Below are positions 13,680-25,366 of a stretch of DNA of 64,000 bases, in pieces. A model generated the notes under the pieces. It was not told the origin of the DNA and did no database searches. It worked only from the letters and a program-made list of their open reading frames with translations. The stretch covers positions 96,784,001-96,848,000 of the forward strand of contig CM059431.1 of the NCBI GenBank assembly GCA_030390025.1, written 5' to 3'. The stretch's first letter is position 1; every line of letters begins with the position of its first letter. The translations under genes and the position numbers were made by a program. This DNA comes from Squalus acanthias. Taxonomy: Eukaryota.

Positions 13680-14580
13680 CGTGAGGCCGACCAATGGGGG
13701 GCAGTGTGGGGTGAGGCTGACCAATGGGGGGCAGTGTGCGGTGAGGCTGACCAATGGGGGGCAGTGTGCGGTGAGGCTGACCAATGGGGGGCAGTGTGGG
13801 GTGAGGCTGACCAATGGGGGGGGCAGTGTGGGGTGAGGCTGACCAATGGTGGGGGCAGTGTGGGGTGAGGCTGACCAATGGGGGGCAGTGTGGGGTGAGG
13901 CTGACCAATGGGGGGGGGCAGTGTGGGGTGAGGCTGACCAATGGTGGGGGCAGTGTGGGGTGAGGCTGACCAATGGGGGGGCAGTGTGGGGTGAGGCTGA
14001 CCAATGGGGGGGGGCAGTGTAGGGTGAGGCTGACCAATGGGGGGGGCAGTGTGGGGTGAGGCTGACCAATGGGGGGGGGCAGTGTGGGGTGAGGCTGACC
14101 AATGTGGGGGGGCAGTGTGGGGTGAGGCTGACCAATGGGGGGGCAGTGTGGGGTGAGGCTGACCAATGGGGGGGGCAGTGTGGGGTGAGGCTGACCAATG
14201 GTGGGGGCAGTGTGGGGTGAGGCTGACCAATGGTGGGGGCAGTGTGGGGTGAGGCTGACCAATGGGGGGGGCAGTGTGGGGTGAGGCTGACCAATGGGGG
14301 GGGGGCAGTGTGGGGTGAGGCTGACCAATGTGGGGGGGCAGTGTGGGGTGAGGCTGACCAATGGGGGGGCAGTGTGGGGTGAGGCTGACCAATGGGGGGG
14401 GGGGGGGGGGGGGGGGGGGGGTGATCGTGGGGTGAGGCTGACCAATGTGGGGGGGGGGGGGGCGTGGGGTGAGGCTGACCAATGTGGGGGGGGGGGGGGC
14501 GTGGGGTGACGCTGACCAATGGGGGGCAGTTTGGGGTGAGGCTCACCAATGGGGGGCGGGGGGGTCCGTGGGGTGAGGAT
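13680..14580. repeat. ~30-bp G-rich minisatellite with variable G tracts, ~29 copies
   Basis: Unit gtgaggctgaccaatg(g)n cagtgtggg. Confidence 0.97.
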
Positions 14581-14908
14581 GACCAGTGTGGCGGTGGAGA
14601 GAGATTGGAGCAGGGTGTTTGGAGGAGAGAGGTCATGTGATGAAACCTCCTGGAATACATCCAATCAGAGTTGGCCACCCGAGAGCAAGGCCGAGAACAT
14701 TAAAAGAAGATTGACTCAGTATTCTCTCCTCGCTATGTCGTCCACCCCGCCCTCAGTCATTGTTCTGTTCTTTAAATCCAATTTCATTTCTCTCTCTCTG
14801 ATGTCCGCCTGCACTGAGATTTTGGTTTATCACCATTCAGTTATGTGGCGGGTGGTGGGGGTTGGGGGGCAGGCGGGTGGGGGACGGGAAGGGGGTGGTC
14901 AGGGAGGT

Positions 14909-15313
14909 NNNNNNNNNNNNNNNNNNNNNNNNNNNNNNNNNNNNNNNNNNNNNNNNNNNNNNNNNNNNNNNNNNNNNNNNNNNNNNNNNNNNNNNNNNNN
15001 NNNNNNNNNNNNNNNNNNNNNNNNNNNNNNNNNNNNNNNNNNNNNNNNNNNNNNNNNNNNNNNNNNNNNNNNNNNNNNNNNNNNNNNNNNNNNNNNNNNN
15101 NNNNNNNNNNNNNNNNNNNNNNNNNNNNNNNNNNNNNNNNNNNNNNNNNNNNNNNNNNNNNNNNNNNNNNNNNNNNNNNNNNNNNNNNNNNNNNNNNNNN
15201 NNNNNNNNNNNNNNNNNNNNNNNNNNNNNNNNNNNNNNNNNNNNNNNNNNNNNNNNNNNNNNNNNNNNNNNNNNNNNNNNNNNNNNNNNNNNNNNNNNNN
15301 NNNNNNNNNNNNN
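14909..15313. other. Assembly gap (405 N)
   Basis: Run of N flanked by G-rich and C-rich repeats. Confidence 1.
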
Positions 15314-15420
15314 CTCCCCCCTCTCTCGCTCCCCCCTCTCTCGCTCCCCCCTCTCTCGCTCCCCCCTCTCTCGCTCCCCCCTCTCTCGCTCCCCCCTCTC
15401 TCGCTCCCCCCTCTCCCTCC
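15314..15420. repeat. 15-bp pyrimidine-rich tandem repeat, ~7 copies
   Basis: (ctcccccctctctcg)n. Confidence 0.95.
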
Positions 15421-16226
15421 ACCAGGATGTGCTGCTTCGGGAATGAGTCACTGGACAATGATCAGGGATTGGAATCCTGGTTGAACTTTTTTCTTTGTTT
15501 CCTCCTCTTTCTCTGAATTAACCGCAGTGCTAGCTGCTGCCCTGACTGCCATTAGCTAACAGGAGTTGAGCATGTGATCTCCAGCCATGCTATAGCGACC
15601 TTTAAATACAAAGGGTCTTGCCCCAAACTGTCTCGTCTGGGCTTTTTCCAGCGACTCTGACAAATCAGGAATGGTGTTATTGAGCCCAGTGACTGCTTGA
15701 ATGCAGTTGTGAGAAGTGACCTTGCTTCCATCAGTGAGCGGAAGCCTGGGGGTGTCCCTCATAATCCACTTCTGTGTTCTTGCCTTGCAGTCTGATGCTC
15801 ACTGTCACATTTGTGTCCAGGTGAGTGCGGTCAGCTTTTCTCCGCCACCCTCGCTTTACTGGGCAGGCGTCCGGGCTCGAATGTGCATCAAGCTAAGACT
15901 CAGGCCCTTGATCGTGTCTGACGATATTGTTCTGCTGCTCATTGTGAGACTTCTGGGCCGAGCTGAAGAAGTGATGCATGGTTGAATATTTAACCCATGT
16001 TGCCAAGGGACTGTATTGAGTCTATCCTTTGACCTTGTTTCTGTTCAGCGATGTGATCGCGAGACATGGTGGGAATGCGATTCAGTTGGATTGACCCACA
16101 AAGAAGGGTTGACCGTTTTCTGTGCTCAGAACTTTGATTTTTCAGTTCTTATTCCGGGTGATGTAATTTCTGAACAATCCACCAGAGGGCAGCGGAAGAC
16201 GGAACTCTCAGATTCACCGAACAACT

Positions 16227-16802
16227 GAGAGCGGCTGGTTCAGTCCCGAGTCCCCGAGAGCGGCTGGTTCAGTCCCGAGTCCCCGAGAGCGGCTGGTTCA
16301 GTCCCGAGTCCCCGAGAGCGGCTGGTTCAGTCCCGAGTCCCCGAGAGCGGCTGGTTCAGTCCCGAGTCCCCGAGAGCGGCTGGTTCAGTCCCGAGTCCCC
16401 GAGAGCGGCTGGTTCAGTCCCGAGTCCCCGAGAGCGGCTGGTTCAGTCCCGAGTCCCCGAGAGCGGCTGGTTCAGTCCCGAGTCCCCGAGAGCGGCTGGT
16501 TCAGTCCCGAGTCCCCGAGAGCGGCTGGTTCAGTCCCGAGTGCCCGAGAGCGGCTGGTTCAGTCCCGAGTGCCCGAGAGCGGCTGGTTCAGTCCCGAGTG
16601 CCCGAGAGCGGCTGGTTCAGTCCCGAGTGCCCGAGAGCGGCTGGTTCAGTCCCGAGTGCCCGAGAGCGGCTGGTTCAGTCCCGAGTGCCCGAGAGCGGCT
16701 GGTTCAGTCCCGAGTCCCCGAGAGCGGCTGGTTCAGTCCCGAGTCCCCGAGAGCGGCTGGTTCAGTCCCGAGTCCCCGAGAGCGGCTGGTTCAGTCCCGA
16801 GT
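16227..16802. repeat. 29-bp minisatellite, ~20 copies
   Basis: Unit gagagcggctggttcagtcccgagt(c/g)ccc. Confidence 0.98.
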
Positions 16803-18175
16803 CAACCACTGGATTTGATGCCTGTTGCTATTGAGAGGAATGGAGAATGGAATTTGAGCCCAATTGGACTGGGGCCCCCTTAATGTCCTGCAGACCCAAC
16901 TTGGTGCCATTTTCCACTCTCTCCCGTTTCTTATGATTTTTTTTCTGTACTTGCCAAGCGGATGAAGTGTTGCGGTGCTGGTTTGCAGCTACTGATCTCA
17001 GCCCTGGTACAGTTTGATTGCACAGTGCAGTCAAACATTCAGGGTTCATGGTCTGACTGCTGGTGCTCGCCACAGGGTGGGGCTTTGGTTCTGTGGATTC
17101 ATTGGGTGTGGGAACTCTTCCTTCACTCCTGCACCATGCTCTCTCAGGACTGGGGATGAGGCCTTGGTGGACCATGAGTGGAGGAGGACCCATGCGAGTC
17201 TGGAGTCAGGTCCTCCGCATTACCATCCGTAACAAAATGCATGAAGACCAACTGGAGATCATGCATTGGACCCACCCCATCCCTCAGTAGTGGAGGGGCT
17301 GTGGCCAGGATACCCTGCTCCATATATTCTGGTCATGGCCCAGCATCCAGCCATTCTGGACAGCAGTCTGGGAGATCACCAAGAATGTGAAGGGGCTTGC
17401 AATCCCATAGGATCCAGCTCCGTCATTGCTCCAGCCCACTGGAGAATGAGATAACCCAGGAATGAACGGCTTCGAGAAGCTCTCGCCAGCAGTTGCAAGG
17501 TGGTGCAGCTTCCCCAGTGAAGTGTCCCTCTCCCCGCAGCCATCCCATGGCAGGAGTGCAGGACGTATCCCACTCAGACACTGATGCTTTGGGCCTCTGG
17601 AGCTGGAGGATATTTAAATCTCGCTCAATGTAAACGAAGGCTTTGAAGGGAGTGGTGAACGGGTTGAAAGGTTCAGGTGCCATTGGCTGCAGTGAAAGGA
17701 TTATCCGTATCTCCTCTTCAATGATTGCCAAATAGATGAAAAGTTTAGCAGCCACAGACAGTGAGTGTGACGGGTGTAATATCGAACCTATGTGTTCAGA
17801 GTGGTGGATGTAGGATTTTTATATCTAAATTTGGGGCTGGATTGCATGCCATTGGACTGAAGATGCGACGGTTGTGGGTTTTGTTAGCTCATGTAACTCT
17901 AACTGATGAGGTAGCGGCACGTCTCTAGTTTGTATATAACCACATGCCTTTTTGAAAGGCTTCTGCCAGTGCAGGCTAGTTAAGAATTAATGCATGAAAA
18001 TAATGGTAACAACCTGCCAGAATGCTTCATTGCCTCATGAAAAATTGATCCTCCCAAAAAAGGAAAATTGATTCGCAATCAAGTGTCAAATTGCTGATTG
18101 CTTTAAGTCTCGTGTCTTCAGATCTACATGTCCTCTCACTGTTTTGAAGTTTATTCCTTTGTTTTGTCCTCCCAG

Positions 18176-18264
18176 AGCTATCAGGGGTGCTCCACCAGTG
18201 TCATATCCTGGCTTCGGAAATGGTCCACTTTGTGCATCAGATGCAGTATTACATCACGTTCGAG
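18176..18264 (+). CDS. TUBGCP3: TUBGCP3 coding exon (89 bp)
   Basis: tcccag|AG CTA...GAG|gtaggt; (E)[29 protein letters not shown]. Confidence 0.96.
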
Positions 18265-18577
18265 GTAGGTCTGATAAGGGTCACACAACACTTGTAAATT
18301 TGTTACTGAGTCAGGTTTCTGTTTAAAATGTATTGCCCGTATTCTTAAAGTTTTCCTCAATAACAAAGGTTTACGCCATGTTGCAAAACGAATGTGTAAA
18401 GTGTCAGTTTAAATTTTAGTCAAATGTTTGTTTTAAGAGGTAGGATTTTGACCGCTCAACAAAGTAATCTTTTATTAATGAGTAATCTCAAACCATAACT
18501 ATCTATTATTCATTCTGCTTCTGCACGCACTGTAATTGTATCGCCAGCACTGCATGATGCTGCTCCCTCATTGGTGT

Positions 18578-18830
18578 CACTGACACCAGCTGTAGTGAGG
18601 GTCCATTCACCCCTCACTGACACCAGCTGTAGTGAGGGTCCATTCACCCCTCACTGACACCAGCTATAGTGAGGGCCCATTCACCCCTCACTGACACCAG
18701 CTGTAGTGAGGGTCCATTCACCCCTCACCGACACCAGCTATAGTGAGGGTCCATTCACCCCTCACTGACACCAGCTATAGTGAGGGCCCATTCACCCCTC
18801 ACTGACACCAGCTGTAGTGAGGGCCACTGA
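18578..18830. repeat. 37-bp minisatellite, ~7 copies
   Basis: Unit cactgacaccagct(g/a)tagtgaggg(t/c)ccattcacccct. Confidence 0.96.
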
Positions 18831-19194
18831 GAGATTACAATTGCTCTTTCCAAGAAGGTGACCATCAGTCTGGTAGCATTCCTTCACTCACTCACTCAGT
18901 CTCTGTACAGACACAAACTGGTAGCACTCACTCAGTGGATTGAGGGGATTGGACTCTTCTGTGAGGCTCCAGCGTTGAGTTCTGCCATGGGAATTAAACT
19001 CTGAAGTTTCATTGTATTTTGTTACTGTGCAGCAAATAGATCAGCTCACTGCAACAGCAGGGAAAAGGCCTGAGGATATTCAGCGAAAACACTGCAAGCT
19101 CTGCGGGACTGCACTTTGAATTTAGTGCCCAGCTTTGGTTACTTTGATGCAAGGGCTGGAGGCAGTTCAGAGAATAACTGATGGGACTGACTCC

Positions 19195-19355
19195 TGGGGG
19201 GACTGACATCTGGGGCCTGGGGGTGGGGGGACTGACATCTGGGGCCTGGGGGTGGGGGGACTGACATCTGGGGCCTTGGGGGGCGGGGAGGGGGGACTGA
19301 CATCTGGGGCCTGGGGGGGGGGGGGGGGCTGACATCTGGGGCCTGGGGGGGGGCG
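19195..19355. repeat. ~29-bp G-rich tandem repeat, ~5 copies
   Basis: Unit gactgacatctggggcctgg(g)n. Confidence 0.9.
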
Positions 19356-19526
19356 GCGGGTTGACGAAACTTGGGCACTTCAGTTTTGCAAAGAGGAAAC
19401 TAAGGGGTGACCTTATAGAGATGAAAAATCAATCAATCTTGGTAAAATGTGAACTTGTACATCTCAGGGAGTGAAGTAGCTGCACTGTAATTGCAGGAGA
19501 GCTGAGGTGAGCTGTGTTTCTCGCAG

Positions 19527-19658
19527 GTGTTGGAGTGTTCCTGGGGTGAGCTGTGGAATAAGATGCAGCAGGCACAGGATCTCGATCACATCACTGCTGC
19601 TCACGAAGCTTTCCTCGACACCATAATCTCTCAGTGTCTGCTGGACAGTAACTCTGAA
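19527..19658 (+). CDS. TUBGCP3: TUBGCP3 coding exon (132 bp)
   Basis: tcgcag|GTG...GAA|gtaagt; [44 protein letters not shown]. Confidence 0.97.
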
Positions 19659-20257
19659 GTAAGTGGTACGAGTTTGATCCTTGTTGATGTAACTGGGTAT
19701 CAGGAATCTGTGCTTGGTGGGGGTTCAGGAGATGGGCTTGTTTTCTTTGGAAATGAGACTTCAAGGTGAATCTAATTTAAATTTTCACGGTTACGAAAGA
19801 AAAGTCGACAAATTTAAACTAGGCAAATTGTTCATTATGGTGATGGATTCAAACCCCAAGGGACACGAGCTAAAACAGTCAGAAGTAAGGTCGTGATTTT
19901 CACTGGCAGAATGGTCGAGTTGTTGAGCAAGTTAAAAACCCAATACAAAAATAAGTTAAACAACAAACCATGGAATCAGACAAAAGGCACAGGAGACAAT
20001 TTGCTGCATTGAGGGATGTGCTGACGAAGTGGCAGCTGGGGTACAGCAACACAAAACAAATGTGTTTTTGAGCAACAGACCCGTAAAGCTCAGTGTTATT
20101 TTCTTAAAGTGTAGTTTATCCTGAGTGAGAGGGTTAACTCCCAACAACAATTTCTCGTTGTGGACTCCTACATGGGATAATCATGTTAAGCAATTAAATG
20201 ATGATTAGTGTAACAGCACAAGTTTTATTAAACTTTCCAGGGAAGCTGTTTAGTTAT

Positions 20258-21185
20258 GGGGGGGGGGGGGGGGGGGGATATCAAACTGTGACCGGGGGAG
20301 GGGATTCAGCCTGTGACTGGGGGAGGGTGGGGGGGGTCAGCCTGTGACGCGGTAGGGGAGGGGTCAGCCTGTGACGCGGTGGGGGGGGGTCAGCCTGTGA
20401 CGTGGTGGGGGAGGGGTCAGCCTGTGACACTGGGGGTGGAGGGGTCAGCCTGTGACACCGGGGGTGGAGGGGTCGGCTTGTGACGCGGTGGTGGAGGGGT
20501 CAGCTTGTGACGCGGTGGGGGAGGGGTCAGCCTGTGACGCGGTGGGGGAGGGGTCAGCCTGTGACACCGGGGGGGGGAGGGGTCAGCCTGTGACACCGGG
20601 GGGGAGAGGTCAGCCTATGATGCGGTGGGGGGGAGGGGTCAGCCTGTGATGCGGTGGGGGGGAGGGGTCAGCCTGTGATGCGGTGGGGGGGAGGGGTCAG
20701 CCTGTGATGCGGTGGGGGGGAGGGGTCAGCCTGTCACGGGGGGGGGGGGGGGGTCAGCCTGTGACGGGGTGGGGGGGGAGGGGTCAGCCTGTGACGGGGT
20801 TGGAGGGGGGGAGGGGTCAGCCTGTGATGCGGGGGTGGGGGGTGGGGGAGGGGTCAGCCTGTGACGCGGGGGGGGGGGGAGGGGTCAGCCTGTGACACCG
20901 GGGGGGGGGGGGGGGGGGGGGGGAGGGGGGAGGGGTCAGCCTGTGACGTGGTGGTGGGGAGGGGTCAGCCTGTGACACCGGAGGGGGGAGGGGGGGGGTG
21001 GAGGGGTCAGCCTGTGACAGCGGGGGGGGGGGGGGGTGGAGGGGTCAGCCTGTGACACCGGGGGGGGTGGAGGGGTCAGCCTCTGACGCGGTGGTGGGGA
21101 GGGGTCAGCCTGTGACGGGGTGGGGGGGGGAGGGGTCAGCCTGTGACGTGGTGGGGGGGGGGGGGTGAGCCTGTCACGGGGGTGT
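20258..21185. repeat. G-rich minisatellite (~30-bp variable unit) with poly-G tracts
   Basis: Unit gaggggtcagcctgtga(c/t)...(g)n. Confidence 0.95.
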
Positions 21186-21456
21186 AACTGCCGGTGTGCG
21201 CGGTCCTGGATGCTGCGCGTGTCTGAGACGCCCTCGTGTTGGAGTCTCTCCGACTGCTCGCACTCAAGCTCATGGTTCATGAACTCCAGGAGCTGGAGTC
21301 GCTCGGTCAGGTGATCACCCTGCGGACAGTGCGAGTCAGTGAGGCGGGTGCGGGATGGGGTGTGAAAGCAGTGTCCTGTCTTGATTCTGAGGTTAGTGCT
21401 GCAACACGGGGCCTAATTGGGGGATTCTGAATGGTGAGGAGCTAACATACTTTTTA

Positions 21457-21995
21457 TGGTGGTCTCTACATTGGGAGACCAAACGCAGATTGGGTGACCG
21501 CTTTGCGGAACACCTCCGTTCAGTTCTCAAGCGTAACCCCGAGCTTCCGGGCGCCTGTCACTTTTTAATTCTCTGCTCTGCTCCACTCCCACTCTGACCT
21601 CTCTGTCCTCGGCCTCTTACACTGTTACATTGAAGCTCAACGTAAGCTCAAGGAACAGTACCTCAGCTTTCTATTAGGCACTTTACAGCCTTCTGGACTC
21701 AACATCGAGTTCAACAATTTCAAACCACAACCTCGGCCCCTATTTTCTTCAGACAGAAGCTGTTGATGATTCTGCCATCCCATTTGCAGTATTTAACCGC
21801 TCCTGCCGTCCAACCTATCACAGACCGTCCCTTTTGTTCTTTCTTCCCCTCCCCCCTTTCCCTGCACCTGCTTAAGATCTGTTACGTGTCTAACTTTTTC
21901 CAGTTCTGCCGAAAGGTCACAAACCTGAAACGTTAACTGTTTCTCTCTCCGCAGATGCTGGCTGACTTGCTGAGTGTTTGCGCCATTTTCTGTTT
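21457..21995 (+). mobile_element. Penelope-like element 3' fragment (GIY-YIG end plus pLTR)
   Basis: ctctacattgggagaccaaacgcagattgggtgaccgctttgcggaacacctccg (LYIGETKRRLGDRFAEHLR), same family as 42197-43594; hammerhead-like motif at 21901-21939. Confidence 0.88.
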
Positions 21996-22059
21996 TTACT
22001 TTTTGTGTCTGTTGACTGAGAATTATACAATTTCTGAAACTTATTTGTTTCCATTCCAG

Positions 22060-22200
22060 GAACTATTGACGCAGCTTCGAGCACTCTTCGATCGAATCCT
22101 GGAGTTTCAGAGTGCTCAGGATTCCATGTACCGCTCGGCCCTGGAGGAGCTGCATCACCGGCTGCGGTATGCAGAGTGCAAGAAGGAACGGCAGGCAGAG
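22060..22200 (+). CDS. TUBGCP3: TUBGCP3 coding exon (141 bp)
   Basis: ttccag|GAA...GAG|gtatga; [47 protein letters not shown]. Confidence 0.96.
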
Positions 22201-22240
22201 GTATGATGGGTACATTGCTGAGGGCTTTCTGTGTCCCATC

Positions 22241-22363
22241 GGTAGAATGGGATCTATAAATAGCTGCATTCACGGGTAGAATGGGATCTATAAATAGCTG
22301 CATTCACGGGTAGAATGGGATCTATAAATAGCTGCATTCACGGGTAGAATGGGATCTATAAAT
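22241..22363. repeat. 34-bp tandem repeat, ~3.6 copies
   Basis: ggtagaatgggatctataaatagctgcattcacg. Confidence 0.95.
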
Positions 22364-22369
22364 AAAGAG

Positions 22370-22945
22370 TGAATCGTTTTCATTTACATAGCACCTTTCA
22401 TCTCAGGATATCCAAAAGTGCTTGACAGCCAGTGAAGTATTTTGAAGTGTAGTCACTGTTGTAACCTAGGCAAAATGGCAGCTAATTTGCGCACGGCAAG
22501 GTCCTACAAGCAGCAGTAGTATAATGGCCAAACAATTTGTTTTTAAAGTTGTTGATTGAGAGATAAATATTGGCCAGGACAGGGAGGAGAATTTCCCTGC
22601 TCCTCTTCAAATAGTGGCCGTGGGATCTTTTACATCCACCTGAGAGCAGACGGGGCTTCGGTTTAACGAAAGGCGGCACCTCCGACAGTGCAGCACTCCC
22701 TCAGTACTGCCCCTCCGAAAGTGCGGCGCTCCCTCAGTACTGCCCCTCCTACAGTGCGGCGCTCCCTCAGTACTGCCCCTCCTACAGTGCGGCCCTCCCT
22801 CAGTACTGCCCCTCCGACAGTGCGGAGCTCCCTCAGTACTGCCCCTCCGAAAGTGCGGAGCTCCCTCAGTACTGCCCCTCCGACAGTGCGGCACTCCCTC
22901 AGTACTGCCCCTCCGACAGTGCAGCGCTTCCTCAGTACTGACCCT
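22370..22945 (-). mobile_element. SINE (Deu-domain type) with an internal 33-bp segment amplified ~8x
   Basis: Matches the single-unit copy at 59795-60060; tandem cctccgacagtgcggcgctccctcagtactgcc at 22679-22941. Confidence 0.8.
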
Positions 22946-23777
22946 TGTGCAAAAAGCATTTTGACATTAAAAACTTCAAGTCTACTAAAGTTGCTGGTTA
23001 GGAATCCCACCAATGTGGGAAGAGGACAATGGACTTTGAGTGAAGTTGTTGCTGGTTGTCACTACAGGAGTGAAAACAGGTGCTGTCTGCAAGGCTTGGG
23101 TAAAGGTTGTAAACATTCGTCCGATACACACAGCAAGAGCTTGAGCTTTGGAACCATCCCCCGACATGGGACTGCGACGGCTTTGGCAATTAAGGAGCGA
23201 GAGAGAGGAAGCCTGGCAGTCCATACTGGGCGTGAGACCTGGTGTCAAAGCATCAGAGAGGCCACAACTGTTTGCTCTGGGGAGCTGTGCCACACTCCGC
23301 AATGAGGAGAAGTGCTGCTGTCTGCCTGCTGTACCTGTGCCACTCGATACTGGAGATGTAATCTCCCCGTCTCTGCCTGCTGTACATGCCCCACTCCAGT
23401 ATTCGCTGCTGGATACTGGAGATGTAATCTCCCTCTCTCTCGGGGCATCACATGGGAGCAAGTTCTTCTGAGGAGGAATATTTGGTGTGGACTGAACGAA
23501 GCCCATGCTTTGAGTCTCCATGTGAATGCAGTCCCTGGTGTGCTGCACAAACTAGGGAGGTCTCTGGTTTGATCTGAGTTGTGCTGAGTTAGCTGGAATC
23601 GGACAACCTAGTTTGTTTGCTGTAAAAAGGCAATAATCTCACGAAATGAGGATAGGTGATAATCTGGTTCAGTCTCCAGAGCCAATATCCACAGCTCTGT
23701 TGGAGAAGAGTGTCTCGAAACCAGGTGTCCGGATGCTTTACACAAGTTGTAGATCAAGAAAAATATGTCGTCAGTCT

Positions 23778-24232
23778 GAGGACGGGTGCCGAGGCACAGG
23801 AAGTCGCTCCGAGGCCTGGCGCCGAGGGACAGGAAGTCGCTCCGAGGCACAGGAAGTCGCTCCGAGGACGGGCGCTGAGGCACAGGAAGTCGCTTCAAGG
23901 GACAGGAAGTCGCTCCGCGGGCTGGTGCCGAGGGACAGGAAGTCGCTCCGAGGCCTGGTGCCGAGGGACAGGAAGTCGCTCCGAGGCACAGGAAGTCGCT
24001 CCGAGGACGGGCGCTGAGGCACAGGAAGTCGCTTCGAGGGACAGGAAGTCGCTCCGCGGGCTGGTGCTGAGGGACAGGAAGTCGCTCCGAGGACGGGCGC
24101 TGAGGCACAGGAAGTCGCTCCGCGGGCTGGTGCCGAGGGACAGGAAGTCGCTCCGAGGACGGGTGCTGAGGCACAGGAAGTCGCTCCGAGGGACAGGAAG
24201 TCGCTCCGAGGGACAGGAAGTCGCTCCGAGGG
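23778..24232. repeat. Compound minisatellite of 20- and 33-bp units, 16 copies of core acaggaagtcgct
   Basis: Direct count of the core motif. Confidence 0.95.
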
Positions 24233-24476
24233 AGAAATTGACCTGCCGATTGCAAAGGAACGATTATTGAAATGATTCCCAGGAGCGTTGTGTGTGGTAC
24301 AAGGAAGGAAACTTGTGATTTGACTCTTTCCCAAAGCAATACATTCACGCTCATGATAGAGCATTGCTGCCAAAGCTTTGATTCCGATATCATTTTGTCA
24401 CCTGGTAAAATCCTGTAATGCATATGTCTGATTATTGGTGTCCACGCCATATATGACACACTTTTTCTCCATTTAG

Positions 24477-24593
24477 GATAAATGGGGAACATCATCAGCT
24501 GAAGAAGAGGCAGAAAATAAAAGAGTTCACGAATTCCAGCAGTTAATTCCGAAAATGTGTTCCCAAATACGTGTGTGCTCACATTTCTACCAG
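24477..24593 (+). CDS. TUBGCP3: TUBGCP3 penultimate coding exon (117 bp)
   Basis: atttag|GAT...CAG|gtgtgt; [39 protein letters not shown]. Confidence 0.95.
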
Positions 24594-25204
24594 GTGTGTG
24601 ATTTCAATCTATATCACAGAATGTATTGTGAGTACAGTGAATGATGCAGTGGAGACTCCGTGCCAGAGTCACTAATACTTGCTGATTTATAAAAATATTT
24701 TAATTTTAACTCTATCTCTAATATTTTATTAAAACCAGCTATGGGGATCCTCTCACAGGTCACAGTTCACCAGCTCAGTCACCCTCATACAGGTCACCGG
24801 CTGGGAGGACCCTCGTACTCTGGGGTCCTGTGCGGGGTGGGGGGGGTTGTTTTTCCTCTTTGCGGGTTAGTGTTCAGATGGTTTAATTTCAGTTTAGCTG
24901 TCAGGAGTCGGGAGCACTGCCTGTCTGACTTGCAACGTTCCCCTGTGCATGCTTAGCACGCACTATCCCCAGACCTATCAAGCTAGACTGTACTCCCATC
25001 AGCTCCATGGAATGTATATCATTCAAAGAGTGCGGAGCAGCCCAGGTCTGCAATCAATCTTCTCAGAACATCTTTCAGGTCCTTTTTCGTCACGTTAACT
25101 AATTTAGTGAGGAATGGCAGCTTCAAGCAAAGCTTTCCTGTGAAGTTTAGAATGTCTCGATGCTGACCGATTTAATGTAATTAATCTTCCTTTCTTTTCC
25201 TTAG

Positions 25205-25366
25205 GACATTGTTCAGCAGTTCCTGGTACTATTGACAAAAAGTCCTGATGAAAGTCTCCGTTTCCTTAACTTCAGGCTCGACTTCAACGAGCATTACAAA
25301 GCGAGGGACCCTCGGCTGCGTGCCTCACTGGGCAGCACCAGGGGCAAACGCAGCTCAGCAATGTAA
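25205..25366 (+). CDS. TUBGCP3: TUBGCP3 last coding exon to stop codon
   Basis: ccttag|[56 protein letters not shown] (conserved [14 protein letters not shown] end of GCP3). Confidence 0.97.
   Translation, partial: DIVQQFLVLLTKSPDESLRFLNFRLDFNEHYKARDPRLRASLGSTRGKRSSAM

Noticed and set aside
11907..14678. Long ORFs (388, 352, 330, 284 aa) with periodic peptides
   Set aside because: By-products of stop-poor minisatellites inside a TUBGCP3 intron; open in several frames, no splice support
14549..15516. ORFs spanning the N run
   Set aside because: Artefacts of translating the gap
23608..24582. 324-aa minus-strand ORF and CRISPR-like look of the repeat
   Set aside because: Eukaryotic intronic minisatellite; spacers are recurrent variants, no cas genes
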